From Syncephalis fuscata S228 (Eukaryota > Fungi > Zoopagomycota): a stretch of DNA of 64,000 nucleotides. Position 1 is the first letter of the stretch, and each line of letters opens with the position of its first letter. Made by a program: the position numbers and the translations under genes. Positions 38,707 to 50,973 of this stretch are shown here, in pieces. The notes under the pieces are model-generated. The model saw nothing but the letters and a program-made list of their open reading frames with translations, was not told the DNA's origin and did not search any database. Where the stretch lies: contig JAHLTZ010000052.1 of the NCBI GenBank assembly GCA_025786725.1, positions 1 through 64,000 on the forward strand. Direction: 5' to 3'.

Positions 38707-40168
38707 AGTGTTTATGTGTGATTTTAGATATTCAAAGATTGTTCAAATACTGCAAGATAAAGGCAGAATGTAAGTACACTATGATAAAGCAAGTACAATG
38801 TCTTTGCAAAGATGAAAATGTGTATACAGTATTATATGATTTCAACTGACGCACACGCTTATTTTTGATAATATCGCTACGCTGGCAAACGCTGCCTGTG
38901 ACTCATGGCATATTTGCGAGAGCAATATTCGCGTAACTCTGATTAAAAGCACTAATGTATTTTAAAATTTTAATTGGCTAGTATATGAAACATACACCAC
39001 CAAGCTACTGATAGCTGGACTTGCGGTTTTGTTCGCGATAACGCCATCGACCAATTAGGATACGAACAGTGCGCGCACATACACTAGCGCAATTTACCCA
39101 CTTCCGGTCTCAACATTCTAACTATCATCTGCGCACCAATGATGAATTATTTGCATCAGAGTTTGAATACCAAACAATTTTATGAAATGTTGCAGATATA
39201 AGCAATACGAGACAACAGCCCATTTGAATATTAAATAGTGTTTATTAGTCTCATTTTGTAGCCACAATGCAGTAGAATGCTTATATGAAGTTATATAAAC
39301 ATATACTATTGATGGTGTACGATAAAGCGGTCATGAATATGGACGATGTTGCAACATTAGTGCAATTTAAACTCCGATTTAAACAGTTCGGCTTTTTGAC
39401 AAAGAAAGTCGTCAGCTGGATGAAACTGTCCGTAAATGGACGGTTACACGTACTCGGGAACGCAACTTTGAAAAAACCCCAGAAATTTGGTTTATGAAAA
39501 ATAAAGTGTTTGGTTTTATTTAAGGTCACTAAATACCGGCTAATATGTCAGGTATTAATTAATTTTAAGTTGATCGTGCATATTCATCAGCTGATGATGT
39601 TATAGATAGCATAATTGTTTTTAAATTCTAATACACAATACACACAGTGTGATAATCTTTCTAATTAGCTTGTATATTTGCTGGCACTAGTATATGCACG
39701 CTCATTAAAAAAAGGTGTTACCCCGATTCAAAAGCAGCTACCCTGATTCAGTTAGTTCCGCGATTGTACTACCATGATAGGCAACTCGTATCGGCATTGC
39801 CTGTCCACACACACTGAACAATTTTCCAGTAGAGCTCTACATCCGCATTCGGACATTTTTTGTTTCGCCGAACCATCGCACGGTTCAATTGGATAAAGTG
39901 GCACTCTGTCTTATAATGACGTGCTTTCTTAGTGAGTTAGCCATGTACGCTACACGATATCACACAGCATTCCCTTCTTTAAGCCGGTTTATTCCGCTTT
40001 TTGTCTGTCTCATTGTGACGATGGATTCAATTCATTGGATGGTATTACATGCCTGCTTTCACACTAATACATACAATGGCCTATATAAAGCACTTGCATT
40101 ACTCACTGAATCCACAACCTCAACTACGCCTTTATTTCTACGCTATTTTTTAACTAATTACCAAACAC

Positions 40169-41337
40169 ATTCCGTTATTTTATACATTCGTAGACTGTAA
40201 TGCTAAGTATTATTCAAATATTTATATGGCGCATTGTAAACTGCTTGCTTGTGAAGCCATACACTATACAACTGCTTGGCATATTTAACTTGTTTAAAGC
40301 AAGTAAAATGGTCGAATAAACCACTGTGCAAAGATCGACAGCACGATGCTAAAGCATTTGATCTATGCTGTAGACCACTGTGTATTGTATGGCGGTGTTT
40401 GTATATATACGCTCAGGTGAGCATTATGCATATCAACACTCCTTGTTTGCGGGCAATGCTAGACAACCATCATAGTGGCATCATTGTTTTTAACAGTTGA
40501 AGTACCTTTATTGGCACAGCTTTGGTTTAAAGTATTATAATGTTTTTACTATCTAAACTGTTGTCTTTAACTGTCTAGAATGGTGGTGTAGCTGTGTTGG
40601 CTGTTTAGTGTTGTAACAGTGTGCTATTGTATTTTAAGTTGTCTGTTTGCCGTTGCCGCTTCATCATGTTTGTATTTGGACTGTCGCATGTTATTAGATG
40701 TTTATTTAAATTCATCAGCAAAACAACATAATGGTCATTGTAAAGGTAAATACTAATGCATGATATTGATTAGTTACTAATACTAAATAATGTATATTGA
40801 TAAATGCGTATACTCTGTTAATATTTGTAGTCTTATTTCTTTTGATTTTACATTTATTCTTTAGCTATTAACCATATTCCGTTATTTTATACATTCGTAG
40901 ACTGTAATGCTAAGTATTACTCAAATATTTATATGGTGCACTGTAAACTGCTTGCTTGTGAAGCCATACACTATACAACTGCTTGGCATATTTAACTTGT
41001 TTAAAGCAAATGGAATAGTCAAACCAGTCCCAGTGAACTGATCGACAGCACGATGCTAAAGCATTTTGATCTATGCTGTAGACCACTGTGTATTGTATGG
41101 TGGTGTTTGTATGTATACGCTCAGGTGAGCATTATGCATATCAACACTCCTTGTTTGCGGGCAATGCCAGACAGCCATCATAGCGGCATCATTGTTTTTA
41201 ACGGTTAAAGTACCTTTATTGGCACAGCTTTGGTTTAAAGTATTATAATGTTTTTACTATCTAAGCTGTTGTCTTTAACTGTCTAGAATAGTGGTGTAGC
41301 TGTGTTGGCTGTTTTGTGTTGTAACAATGTGCTATTG
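40169..41337 (+). repeat. Direct duplication of ~460 bp (40169-40629 and 40876-41337)
   Basis: Both copies begin ATTCCGTTATTTTATACATTCGTAGACTG and end GTGCTATTG; high identity. Confidence 0.93.
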
Positions 41338-42289
41338 CGCTGTCATTGTTGTATTCTAGATTTCTTGTTTGTATGTAGATGGCCTAGACGTGGGTAAGTG
41401 GTCAGTGCTATTGGTTGTTCGTTTGTGTTTATCTAATCATGTATGTCGCTTGGCTGAGTAGTTTTCTGATATTGCTTGTGTTATAAGCAATGACAAAACA
41501 GCAGCCACAGCGCATCGTGATTATGATAGCTGAAGACCATATAGATCAGCACTGATGGGTGGGAGTCCAGGTTATCAACATACATCAAGTAGGCCATTCC
41601 TGGTGCAGTTGTTTTGCTATGATTGCATGTAGACTGTTGAATGCTACAGATATTTATTTAAATTTAGCAACAAAACGACGTAGTGACCATTATAAAGGTA
41701 AATATCATTGTTTTTTACTGAACACTTGCTAATACGGAACAACATGCATTGATGAATGTCTGCTAAAATTGTGCTTATGCATACTGTACTAGCATGCACA
41801 GGTCGTAAGAATCAACATATTACTAACTGTTCAGCAATCTAATATGATCACTGCTGGAAACTTGAGCCAACGTGAATTATGCACTCTACTCGATATTATT
41901 TCGACTTTATTTACTTATGCTAAAGATGTATATGTAAACTGGAATTTAAACAGCTTTTCTTTTTCACCATGGCCCATATCTTTATTAATACAATAAAGAT
42001 ATTTTGGTTATATTCTATAACATCTGTGGACAATGCAATGTCACAATGCCACTTCTTTGAATCATGAGTTAGCATGCTAGTACAGCTACAAATATATTAT
42101 CTATTTAGCAGTAATATCAGTAATTTGTTTAGTTAGCTGTATTATTTATACTAATAAGCATGTGTTGTGTGATATTCCTTTTAGTTGTAATATAAAAGTA
42201 TGTGAACCATGTTATTCATTAAATTAAACGACATACATGATGTGCTTAAAATATTTTATGTATTTTATTATAAAACTATTTTATAACAT

Positions 42290-42950
42290 CTATTAACTAT
42301 TTAATGTAATTTGGGAACAAATGAATAAATATAGCAGTATTCGTATAATTGAACTGCACATTCAATCTATTGAACATGGGGACAAGTGGTTAGTTTTATT
42401 TAATCAGCACATCATCACATTTATTGTTTGCTTGGTGGTCAAATGACTAAATTTAATAACATACAATCTACTGAACATGATGGGTGGTAAGCAACATCAA
42501 TCATTAAATACCCATCATCATAGATTTATCATTTAGTATGTATATATGCTCTATTTGTTTATATCATTCCCATTCTGTTACACACTACTATATATCATTT
42601 TATGATATATTAGGTACATTTTATTCATTATATGCTGCAATAAACTTTGCTCATTATGCTCATTACGCTATACACACTGTAACTTTAATATTGTTTTATA
42701 TACTTTTTCACCGTACGTTTATCATTTTATATATCGTTCCATAATCTCTTGGCATCACTCTATCCAAAACTGCTTTTATTTTTGTTCTAGCTTTATTATT
42801 TATAAATGTCGACTAATTCCGCTCATTGATCATGCATATATGCTTAATAACTCAAACACCGTTTTCATATTCTTTCCATTTTATGCTCACTTTAGTATAT
42901 AGTAACTGTACTTTTTTTGAAACTGTTTTACCGTCTGGCGCTAGCCCTAC
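42290..42950 (+). repeat. Family A repeat: double-unit core plus extension
   Basis: TAATGTAATTTGGGAACAAATGA..TTCGTATAATTGAACTGCACATTCAATCTATTGAACATGGGG; collinear with 4570-5240. Confidence 0.9.
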
Positions 42951-45779
42951 TCGTTATGCATTTTGTTTATTTCACTCGTTCGTTCATGCATGTATAACAC
43001 TATAACGTTAATACTACTATTCATACACTTTTCTTTTCCATATTGTTTATTTACACGCTGCATAGTCTAATAGCTATGCGTTATTCGTAAAAGTAGCCTA
43101 CTTGTTGCTAACTATGTTTGTTGAAAGGCTCGACCTAGGCCGCTTCAATTGCTCATTACGTGTATGCATAGAACTTTGCCGCTAATAGCATGCACCATTT
43201 AAAGTAGGTGTTGCTATTATAGTATAATGTCGGTTAAAGAGGTGAAGTAAATAGGTGTTACAAGCCTTTTATATTGCTCATTAGAAAATAATCACAACGT
43301 GCTTCATAGCTACTTAAACAAAAGCAAAACGTATAAGCAATAGAAACAGAACCACTAATAATGTCGATCAAGGTATAGCTTAGTTGGTGACGTTGCAACG
43401 CTACGATAACCAACCAAATGCAGTCTCACACTTCGTTCCCATATAGGCAGAATAGCAAACATATGCTGTTTAGGATACGATATCAACAAATTATAATTAT
43501 GCTTGAACATTCGAGATTATTAAAACAAGCTAGTTATTTTGGTATAATGCCAACCGATCTGGATACCAGCGCATTCAAGCAACTAAACTATTAATACATC
43601 AATAATCTACTGATAATCGGACAGCTTATAATTTATGTTAAAGCACAAAGCAAAGGCAGCTACTACTAATAATGCTGCCGAGTATAACTAAGTACATAAT
43701 TGCCTGTGTATACATAAATATACTGCCAAGTACTTGTGCAATATTGTATCTAGTATATCAAATCCACTACAACTATACCCACTAAATACACGTTTATGTT
43801 ATAAGGCTCACATACGATAGATAATAACAACTATTGTTTTTATATAACAATGAAGCTAGTAAAAGCTGCTGTAACAATGAGCTTGTTGCAGTAAGATAAA
43901 ATGACGTCTATCTATATGAATAACAAGACTACGGTGACTACAACGCATCTATCAACAAACCACCTTTAAAACCACGTTTCAATATAAACGTGTTGTATAA
44001 AGCATTGACATTGTTTATGGTTGTTAGAAATATACAGATATACTGGAATATAAATCAATCAACTAAGTAATGAAGCAATCGTATAAATAGCAATACACTG
44101 TGTATTATGACTATCAGAATTTGTACAAGTGACTTGAATAAATATTATTATATATTATTACAGCTACATGTATTGTATAAATGGTCTGTTATTGTTTCAG
44201 CCGTGTACGCGCGTTATTAATACGCGACAATCATGGTGGTGGCGTATTTATGAAAAGTAAACACAAGATCACGTGTTATGTGTCTATTTGCTGTTGTGAT
44301 CACGCCATCTAGTTTATTGGACTACTTACCGGTTTAGCAAGGTGTACACGGACCATTTGATATTCATGTCCGATGCAGGCCTGTTTTGGTTAGTGAGCTC
44401 GTATTGAACTACACAAGACAATAGTGATACTACAAGTTGTACATACAAATACTCGATACGAATAAATGATGGTACAAGCTACTGGTGTGTGAGTGTAAAA
44501 TAGTTGAGTGGCAATTTATTGTGTAAAAAGCCGCGCAAGATTGATATTTAGATCTCTATAACGCTTTCATCTTGTTTGTTTTATCTTGTCTTTTTGTTCT
44601 ACTACAATATTGTAGTTTCATTTCCTTGTTTTTTGTTATAAAAACTTTTTTAAAGGTAAGCAAGTGTTGCGTTTGCGTCTACGTTTGTCAGTGAATGGGA
44701 ATATTATTGCTGCGCCAAGTTGCGCTGTTGCATAACACGTTGCGTTGCACCTGTGTTTGATTTGTTTAGCCGTGCAGTGCATTCTTGGCGTTTGCTTAAA
44801 ACTGTTCATCCATTTGAATTGAATAGTTTATTTGGTTATGCTGTGTTTGTATTCGCATTAAATATACTATTTACATGGTATTAATTGTATGTATTGTGTG
44901 TTTTTATAGCGTAAAGTAGTTAGCGATGGCTGCTACAGTTGTTTATACCCGTAGCATTATTTATGCTACGATGCCATTGCCTGTCGTCCAGAAACGTTTG
45001 TTTTCTGAGACGGACATTGAGGCAGGCAGTAAGCCGGCTTTGAAAAAAGCCAAGCTGCCAGAGTCTGTGCCAGTCGCAACACAGGCTCTATTGCCTCCAA
45101 ATATCCGCTGCGTAGGAACGCAAGCGGAGACTGCTTTGTGCAGCGTTGCTGTTCAAACCGAGGAGGTTTTGAGCAGCAACAAAGCAGTCAACACCACCAT
45201 CACTAGCCTTTCCGGCTTTTCATTCAGTAGTCATTACTACTGCTCCTCGTCCTCCTCCTCTATCCACACCACTCCTATGGATGGTGTGGAATACACCGGC
45301 GCCCTCAAATTGGCACCGGCTCAACCAACCAAGGCTGCTGTTGCGATCAACAGCACTTATCGGGTAGTTCCGCGGGGTGGGGGACCTCGCCGAACTGCCG
45401 CCTCAAGACTGCGCCGTCGCACTGCTGTGCGCAACGCTAAAAAGGAACACTTGCGCCATTAAGCGCAAGTAAATGCAAGTCTGTACAACATGGTAAGTTA
45501 ATGCAAAATTAACTAAAACAGTGCTAACTTTATTCTAGGCAATAGTACATTGGGCGGGACCAATAAGCAACTAACTGCTGTACACCGGGCCCGTCGTTCT
45601 ATATTGGAACTGATAGGGACTGGGAACAGCAGCTACCTGTTTAATGGGCTAGCCCATATTCGCAGTATCACAAGTGGTTTTATGTTAGTTTTATATTTTT
45701 GTATCAATAAATCAGTTTATAAGCATTACTCATCAGTGTACTCTAATACGAATACTAACCATTAAGCAATCATTATTTG
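42346..45779 (+). repeat. Right arm of the ~3.43-kb inverted duplication
   Basis: Identity with the reverse complement of 32453-35882 starts at TAATTGAAC and ends at CATTATTTG. Confidence 0.98.
44926..45462 (+). CDS. Orphan gene X, 178 aa, low complexity, basic C terminus
   Basis: GC-richer ORF preceded by an intron-like GTAAGC(44656)..TTTATAG(44909) and followed by GTAAGT..TTCTAG; no family recognised. Confidence 0.6.
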   Translation: MAATVVYTRSIIYATMPLPVVQKRLFSETDIEAGSKPALKKAKLPESVPVATQALLPPNIRCVGTQAETALCSVAVQTEEVLSSNKAVNTTITSLSGFSFSSHYYCSSSSSSIHTTPMDGVEYTGALKLAPAQPTKAAVAINSTYRVVPRGGGPRRTAASRLRRRTAVRNAKKEHLRH

Positions 45780-45870
45780 TGTAATTGAACCAGGAATTTG
45801 TTTTATTTACTATGGGACTGGATGGTAAATAGCATAAAATATCAAAATAATCATTGTATACGCACTCTAT
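45780..45870 (+). repeat. Family A right-arm fragment at the duplication breakpoint
   Basis: TGTAATTGAACCAGGAATTTGTTTTATTTACTATGGGACTGGATGGTAAATAGCATAAAATATCAAAATAATCATTGTATA aligns with the 17000-17070 copy. Confidence 0.75.
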
Positions 45871-46030
45871 CATAAAGCATTCCATTGTTTACTAATTACA
45901 CGATATTAATAAATTAGTAAAGAAAATGAAAAAAGTTCTAGACACAGCTGAAAAGTATAATGTTAAAATATTAGTAACGTTTATTTATAATTTACAACAA
46001 ATGTAGTAAATTCAGGCTACATTACGTAGT

Positions 46031-47079
46031 TTACTGTTTGGTGTTCTGTTTAAGCTTTTCATTGAAAAGAGATTGTGTAAACGTCCATAAATTATCTTGT
46101 AGAGTTTCATCTTGTGCATAGCTACTGGGAGTTGATAGTTTGCCGTATGGAATAAAGTATTTGCCATTGTACCCTTTTTCCTTTACTTCATCCGACGTAG
46201 CAGCATAAAGCGAAGTCAACGCACCATTTGCCGATGACATAGAAAACAAACCATAAAACAATTTGTTTCCTTGGTTTACAATCCAGCCATGAGAATCTTC
46301 AACATTGCGACCAAGGTCAGAGCTGACTATTCCTGGATGCACTGCGTTGACTAGGACTGTTGGACGGTCAGTGCCCTGTGAAACTTGTCTGGCAAATTGG
46401 CTAGAGGCTAGGATATTGGCCAATTTTGACTGGCCGTAGCATCTCATCGATCCAAATGCTTTTTTGTCATTAATAGCCTCCAAAGTAAGACCAACACCGC
46501 CACTGTACGTATAATAATGTCCCATGCTAGCAGTAAAAATGATGCGTGCAGGATCGTCAGCGGTGCCGCTATTAAGGATGGTTGGCAATAGGCGATGCGT
46601 AAATAGCGTTGGACCAACGTGGTTTACTCCAAATTGCGATTCAATCCCGTCTTCAGTCAACGAATAAGGCATTGCCATTATACCGGCATTATTGATAAGT
46701 ATATGAATCTGTGATTCGGCAGCTATTAACTCCTTCGCCGCAGCATCAACTTTAGCAAGACTGTTTAAATCCAAAGCTAGAAATCGAAGATCGGGTTCTG
46801 CTTTGTTTTCAGTACAGTTCTTTTTAATGTCCTCTTTAATCTTCTCAATGGCCGTTTGTGCACGCTCTTCATTGCGGCAGGCAACATACACTCGGCTCCC
46901 ATTCCTGGCTAGCTCCAAGGCAATATGGTAGCCAATACCCGTGTTGGCGCCAGTAACAACAGAGACCTATGGAATAACAAATAGATTAGAGAGTAGCCAA
47001 GAATAAATACACTAAACTATACCTTTCCCGTTAGGTCTGGAATCTTTTCAGTGGTATATTCTTTGCATAACCAACCCAT
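46031..47079 (-). CDS. Short-chain dehydrogenase/reductase, retinol dehydrogenase/WWOX-like
   Basis: IPDLTGK / VSVVTGANTGIG (TGxxxGxG), NNAG, YGQSK (YxxxK), VHPG; one intron. Confidence 0.95.
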
Positions 47080-49068
47080 TGTAAAGATTTAATAAACTGT
47101 ATTTAATTCAAGTGCTGCTAATCGAGAAAAATAGAAGTGATAACTAATAAATGCTTACGCTTAACTCGTCAAATAAGCAAGTATTTATACACGGCCAATT
47201 ATGTGATTTAGGTTGACGTAGAAAACAGAAGAAATACCGGGAGTGGAACAACTGAAAGAGCCGAAGCGTTTTACCCAGCAAGTTAAGCCAAGCTAGTTGA
47301 GTCATGGGCACCACCCTATTGAGTGGCCTAATCAAAGCCAAATTATTCTACGTGGAAATCATGTGCTCGTCGCTGTCGTTTTAACATTATTCCGATTCAC
47401 GTGTGCGCAAGTAAAATAGGCGGTGTTTCAACATAACCAGTTACAGCCTTTCTCATTGCATCACATTTTAAAAAACATTCTTATCTTAGCATGTAATCAT
47501 TAGATGATTATAGCGTGCAAATTAAAATATTGGTTATTTTGGAGTTTAAATATTACCTAACTGAAATTCCCATTATACATCTAATTAGCTAGTAATAACT
47601 AATCATCATTTAATAATCCACCGTCGAAATTACATCATATGAACACTGGCAATGTAAATTATTATTGTCATTACCATCATTATCAGAATATCAACACTAT
47701 TATTGTATCCAATGAACAATTGGTATGTAAATTTGGCTATTTATTAAACAGATAAACATTATTTTATATCAAATCACAACATGCTTTGTTTATTTCTGAG
47801 ACTACTTTTGCTAGTAAGTGTACGCTATCATACCTAAATATAACGACTTTAGCTATAAATAAAAACAGTAATTACATATGCATAATCAAGTTGTTTTTAT
47901 AATAAAAATACAGTAAATAAGCATAATTTATTTTGTGTCAAATGCCAGAACAAATAAAATAATGAAGGCTTTTGACAGAAATTATAAAGGCGTCGTCATT
48001 AAATGGCAAGCATTACAAAACATGGCATATAAATAAACAATGTAATTTGAAAGCAATGGCATGTAAAGTAAGATATCTAGCCATGGCCTATCAATAAATA
48101 ATTTAGTTTGTATTATGGCAGAAGTATTATCACTTGCATTATCAGTAGCAGTATGTGTTTGTAATCAAGTGGAAAATGCTGCATTAAGTGCTGCTTCTAC
48201 ATCAAATCAAATTATAAATTAAATTTTGTTAGCTGGATTACTGAGGACTTTTTGGCAATCCAAAACAACTAGCCATTGCTTAGATAATACCATTTGAGCA
48301 GACTCATTAATCGCGCTAGTTTAGGCAAAAAATAAATGATTTACTATTTAAAATTGCAGCATACTATGTTCAAAGGCGGTACAGAATAATGGCACATAGC
48401 TATTTGCAACACATGCAGTATTATTATATATTTAGACATGTATTATTCAAGTATTTACATTGTTGAAATTAGTAACATGGATATAACAAAATACTATAAT
48501 GTATTAACAACTAGCGCAATATTTTATTACTAATGTTTCACTGCGATCAGTTATTATTAAGAATGAATGGATACATACAAGTATAGATAAATTAAAGATG
48601 ATACAAAAACTTGATAAAATGCTACTGTGTCTTTGTTTTGGATACAAAAGAATCATAATTAATCAACTAATCAATTAATTTGGCTATCTTGTGAGCAAAG
48701 ACATAGCAAAGTATCTTTATTATATCTTGGCTGGTCTGGTATAATTCTAGCACGTAGAAAGCATGTTATTTTAGTACTGGAGCAATATGACATGCGCTAT
48801 ACTACATTCGCTTTCAGCTGTCTGGTACCAATTACATGACATGCCTTGACAAACATTTGCATGGCAATAAGACTAGACATGAACGGCTTTAACTAATGTC
48901 ATGCCGTCAATGATTTGACTGAAGCCAGGCAAAAAAAGCATATTGATAGCACAAATAACTGCAATCATAGGATATAAATAAAGCTTATCATGCATTTCTA
49001 TTGATATGTTGTAGGACGACTACAATTCAAAATCTTGTTAATAGTAATTGCTCATTGATTTCTTCAGC

Positions 49069-49272
49069 ATGGATTTATTGCATAGCAGCGTATTCTATAT
49101 CTGCATCTTTGTTGGAGTTTTTGCTATAGTAACACCAATGTTCATTTTTGGATGGTGCCGCAAGAAAAGAGTCCCACCCGACACTGCTTCAGAAAGAGCA
49201 CGCACCGATTTTCAAGCTTGGTTGGCAGACAATAATGCCGGAAACCGTCGTGAATCTCAGATTGCTGTGTAA
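49069..49272 (+). CDS. Putative small single-pass membrane protein
   Basis: Hydrophobic segment followed by CRKKR and a polar tail; short ORF only. Confidence 0.45.
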   Translation: MDLLHSSVFYICIFVGVFAIVTPMFIFGWCRKKRVPPDTASERARTDFQAWLADNNAGNRRESQIAV

Positions 49273-49616
49273 ACGGCTGATGAGCGATGATATGCCATGT
49301 GTGTCTGTTATTATACCACAAATATAAATGCTTTCTTTTAATAAATAAGCGCGAATTATGCCCAAAAGAAGTCAAACTGCCATTTTAGTGTGTATAATCT
49401 ATCTATAGATTTTTATCTGGATCCTCTAGCGTTTTATTGTCTACTGTACCCATATTTAAGCAAATCTATCTACAATCTGCGTAACTATATTTCAACTATG
49501 CCACAAACTCTTTTAACTGATTCATATACTACAACCATTGGATATAACTAATACCAATATGGCGAATTATAAAAAACAATGACATACTACAATCACTGCT
49601 TTTTATTTGTTTTGAT

Positions 49617-50198
49617 CATGCATTTTATTTCACATTTGTCGATGCAACATTCATGATGTCAGGTGCAGTTAGACAAATAACTCATAATATAGTATTATAC
49701 TAAACTCTGATTCTTTACGGATTTAAAAACCACACTTATTCATCGACATGGCTTCTTGGCAAAAAGATGCATTTAATCAATCCAGAATTAATACCAAATC
49801 ATTAATAAAAATAAAACAGAATTTGGTTGTTGCAAATGCTAAATATACAAAAAATGGGAAAACTAATGACACAATCGTTAAATATTTTGAAAAAAGTACA
49901 TAGATTATAGAAAATCCAATTCATGGCCAATATATGTAACACTCTACCATGTGCTTGCTGGTAGATTTCCATACAATGATCTACTAAAGGCAATTTTGAT
50001 TATAGTACGCTTGGTTCTATACTTAAAGAACTTGAAAGCCAAGAACTATGTGCGCTGCCACCAATATCAGAAGATGCAAAGACACTTAAGACATTGCTGT
50101 CATTAATAGAAATAATAAACAATATAGCGGTTTCTGACCCATCAAAAAGACCAACTTTCGAGAAATATTTGCAGTATGCCAGAGTAAAGATGGCATGA
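49617..50198 (+). pseudogene. Internally deleted protein kinase relic
   Basis: DYRKSNSWPIYVTLYHVLAGRFPY (subdomain IX-like) and DPSKRPTFEKYL (subdomain XI-like) follow a short N-lobe-like piece; frameshifts; no HRD or DFG. Confidence 0.55.
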
Positions 50199-50466
50199 CT
50201 AATAAGTTGGGAAAGAGATCGAATAAACGCCCAGTTAAAATACATGATTCTATAAATGATACAGCAATAAAAACGCTATTTTTTATATAATCATTATTTA
50301 TTATTGTGTAAATAATATCAAATACGAGTCATTAAGTATATCGTATAAAAGATTTAACAGGTTGGTAGCATTTGCACTAATTCGCCTATGCATTTAAGCA
50401 ACCTGAATATCTAGATGGCCAACTGCGCTTTTACTAAAGCACAGCAATGATTGGGCATTATTAGAT

Positions 50467-50973
50467 TTAAATAGAAATGCTGACACTTTTTTGAGCAGAA
50501 GTAAGACGAGAGCCGATGTTAATATCGGCACAGTTTTCGTAGTGCTCAATTTTGCCTGGGCCCAAATGAGCGGCATTCCACACCCAGCGAATGACCTTGC
50601 GACCGCTAATACCAGCTGGAATGTTGACGGTCCATGGGCCAACCTTGCCTGGAGCAGCACAGTTGTTCTTTTGGGCAATACGACGGGCATTGCCGAGATT
50701 AGTGTCTAAGATATAGACCTCGCACATACCGATATGTGGAGCAGTGATGGTAAAACCGAGCGTAACGCTGCGGCCCACGTTGGTGACTCGGCCAGCCGGC
50801 TCACCACGACAAACGCCTCGAGTGTTGGGATTTTTCAAATCGTCAATTCTGGTTGATGCTTTTTCGATAGCACGCGGAGTTGGGCTGGACATGTAGCCAT
50901 GGGCAGCAACATCCGAGATTGCAGAGAGTGCCACAATGGCAAACAGGCAGAGAGTGGCACCAATGCGAACCAT
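50467..50973 (-). CDS. Secreted LPMO-like protein (His-brace; AA10/AA11/AA16-like)
   Basis: Signal peptide ending VAA then His1 (HGYMSSPTPR), second His (APHIG), VIRWVW, EHYENCAD. Confidence 0.8.
   Translation of the reverse strand: MVRIGATLCLFAIVALSAISDVAAHGYMSSPTPRAIEKASTRIDDLKNPNTRGVCRGEPAGRVTNVGRSVTLGFTITAPHIGMCEVYILDTNLGNARRIAQKNNCAAPGKVGPWTVNIPAGISGRKVIRWVWNAAHLGPGKIEHYENCADINIGSRLTSAQKSVSISI

Noticed and set aside
40169-41337. TRIM or LTR element made of two 460-bp direct repeats
   Set aside because: No TG...CA termini, primer-binding site, polypurine tract or target-site duplication seen.
42346-45790. TAATTGAAC pair as a 9-bp Mutator-type target-site duplication
   Set aside because: The 9-mer is an intrinsic family A motif also present in the other copy, and the segment has no terminal inverted repeats.
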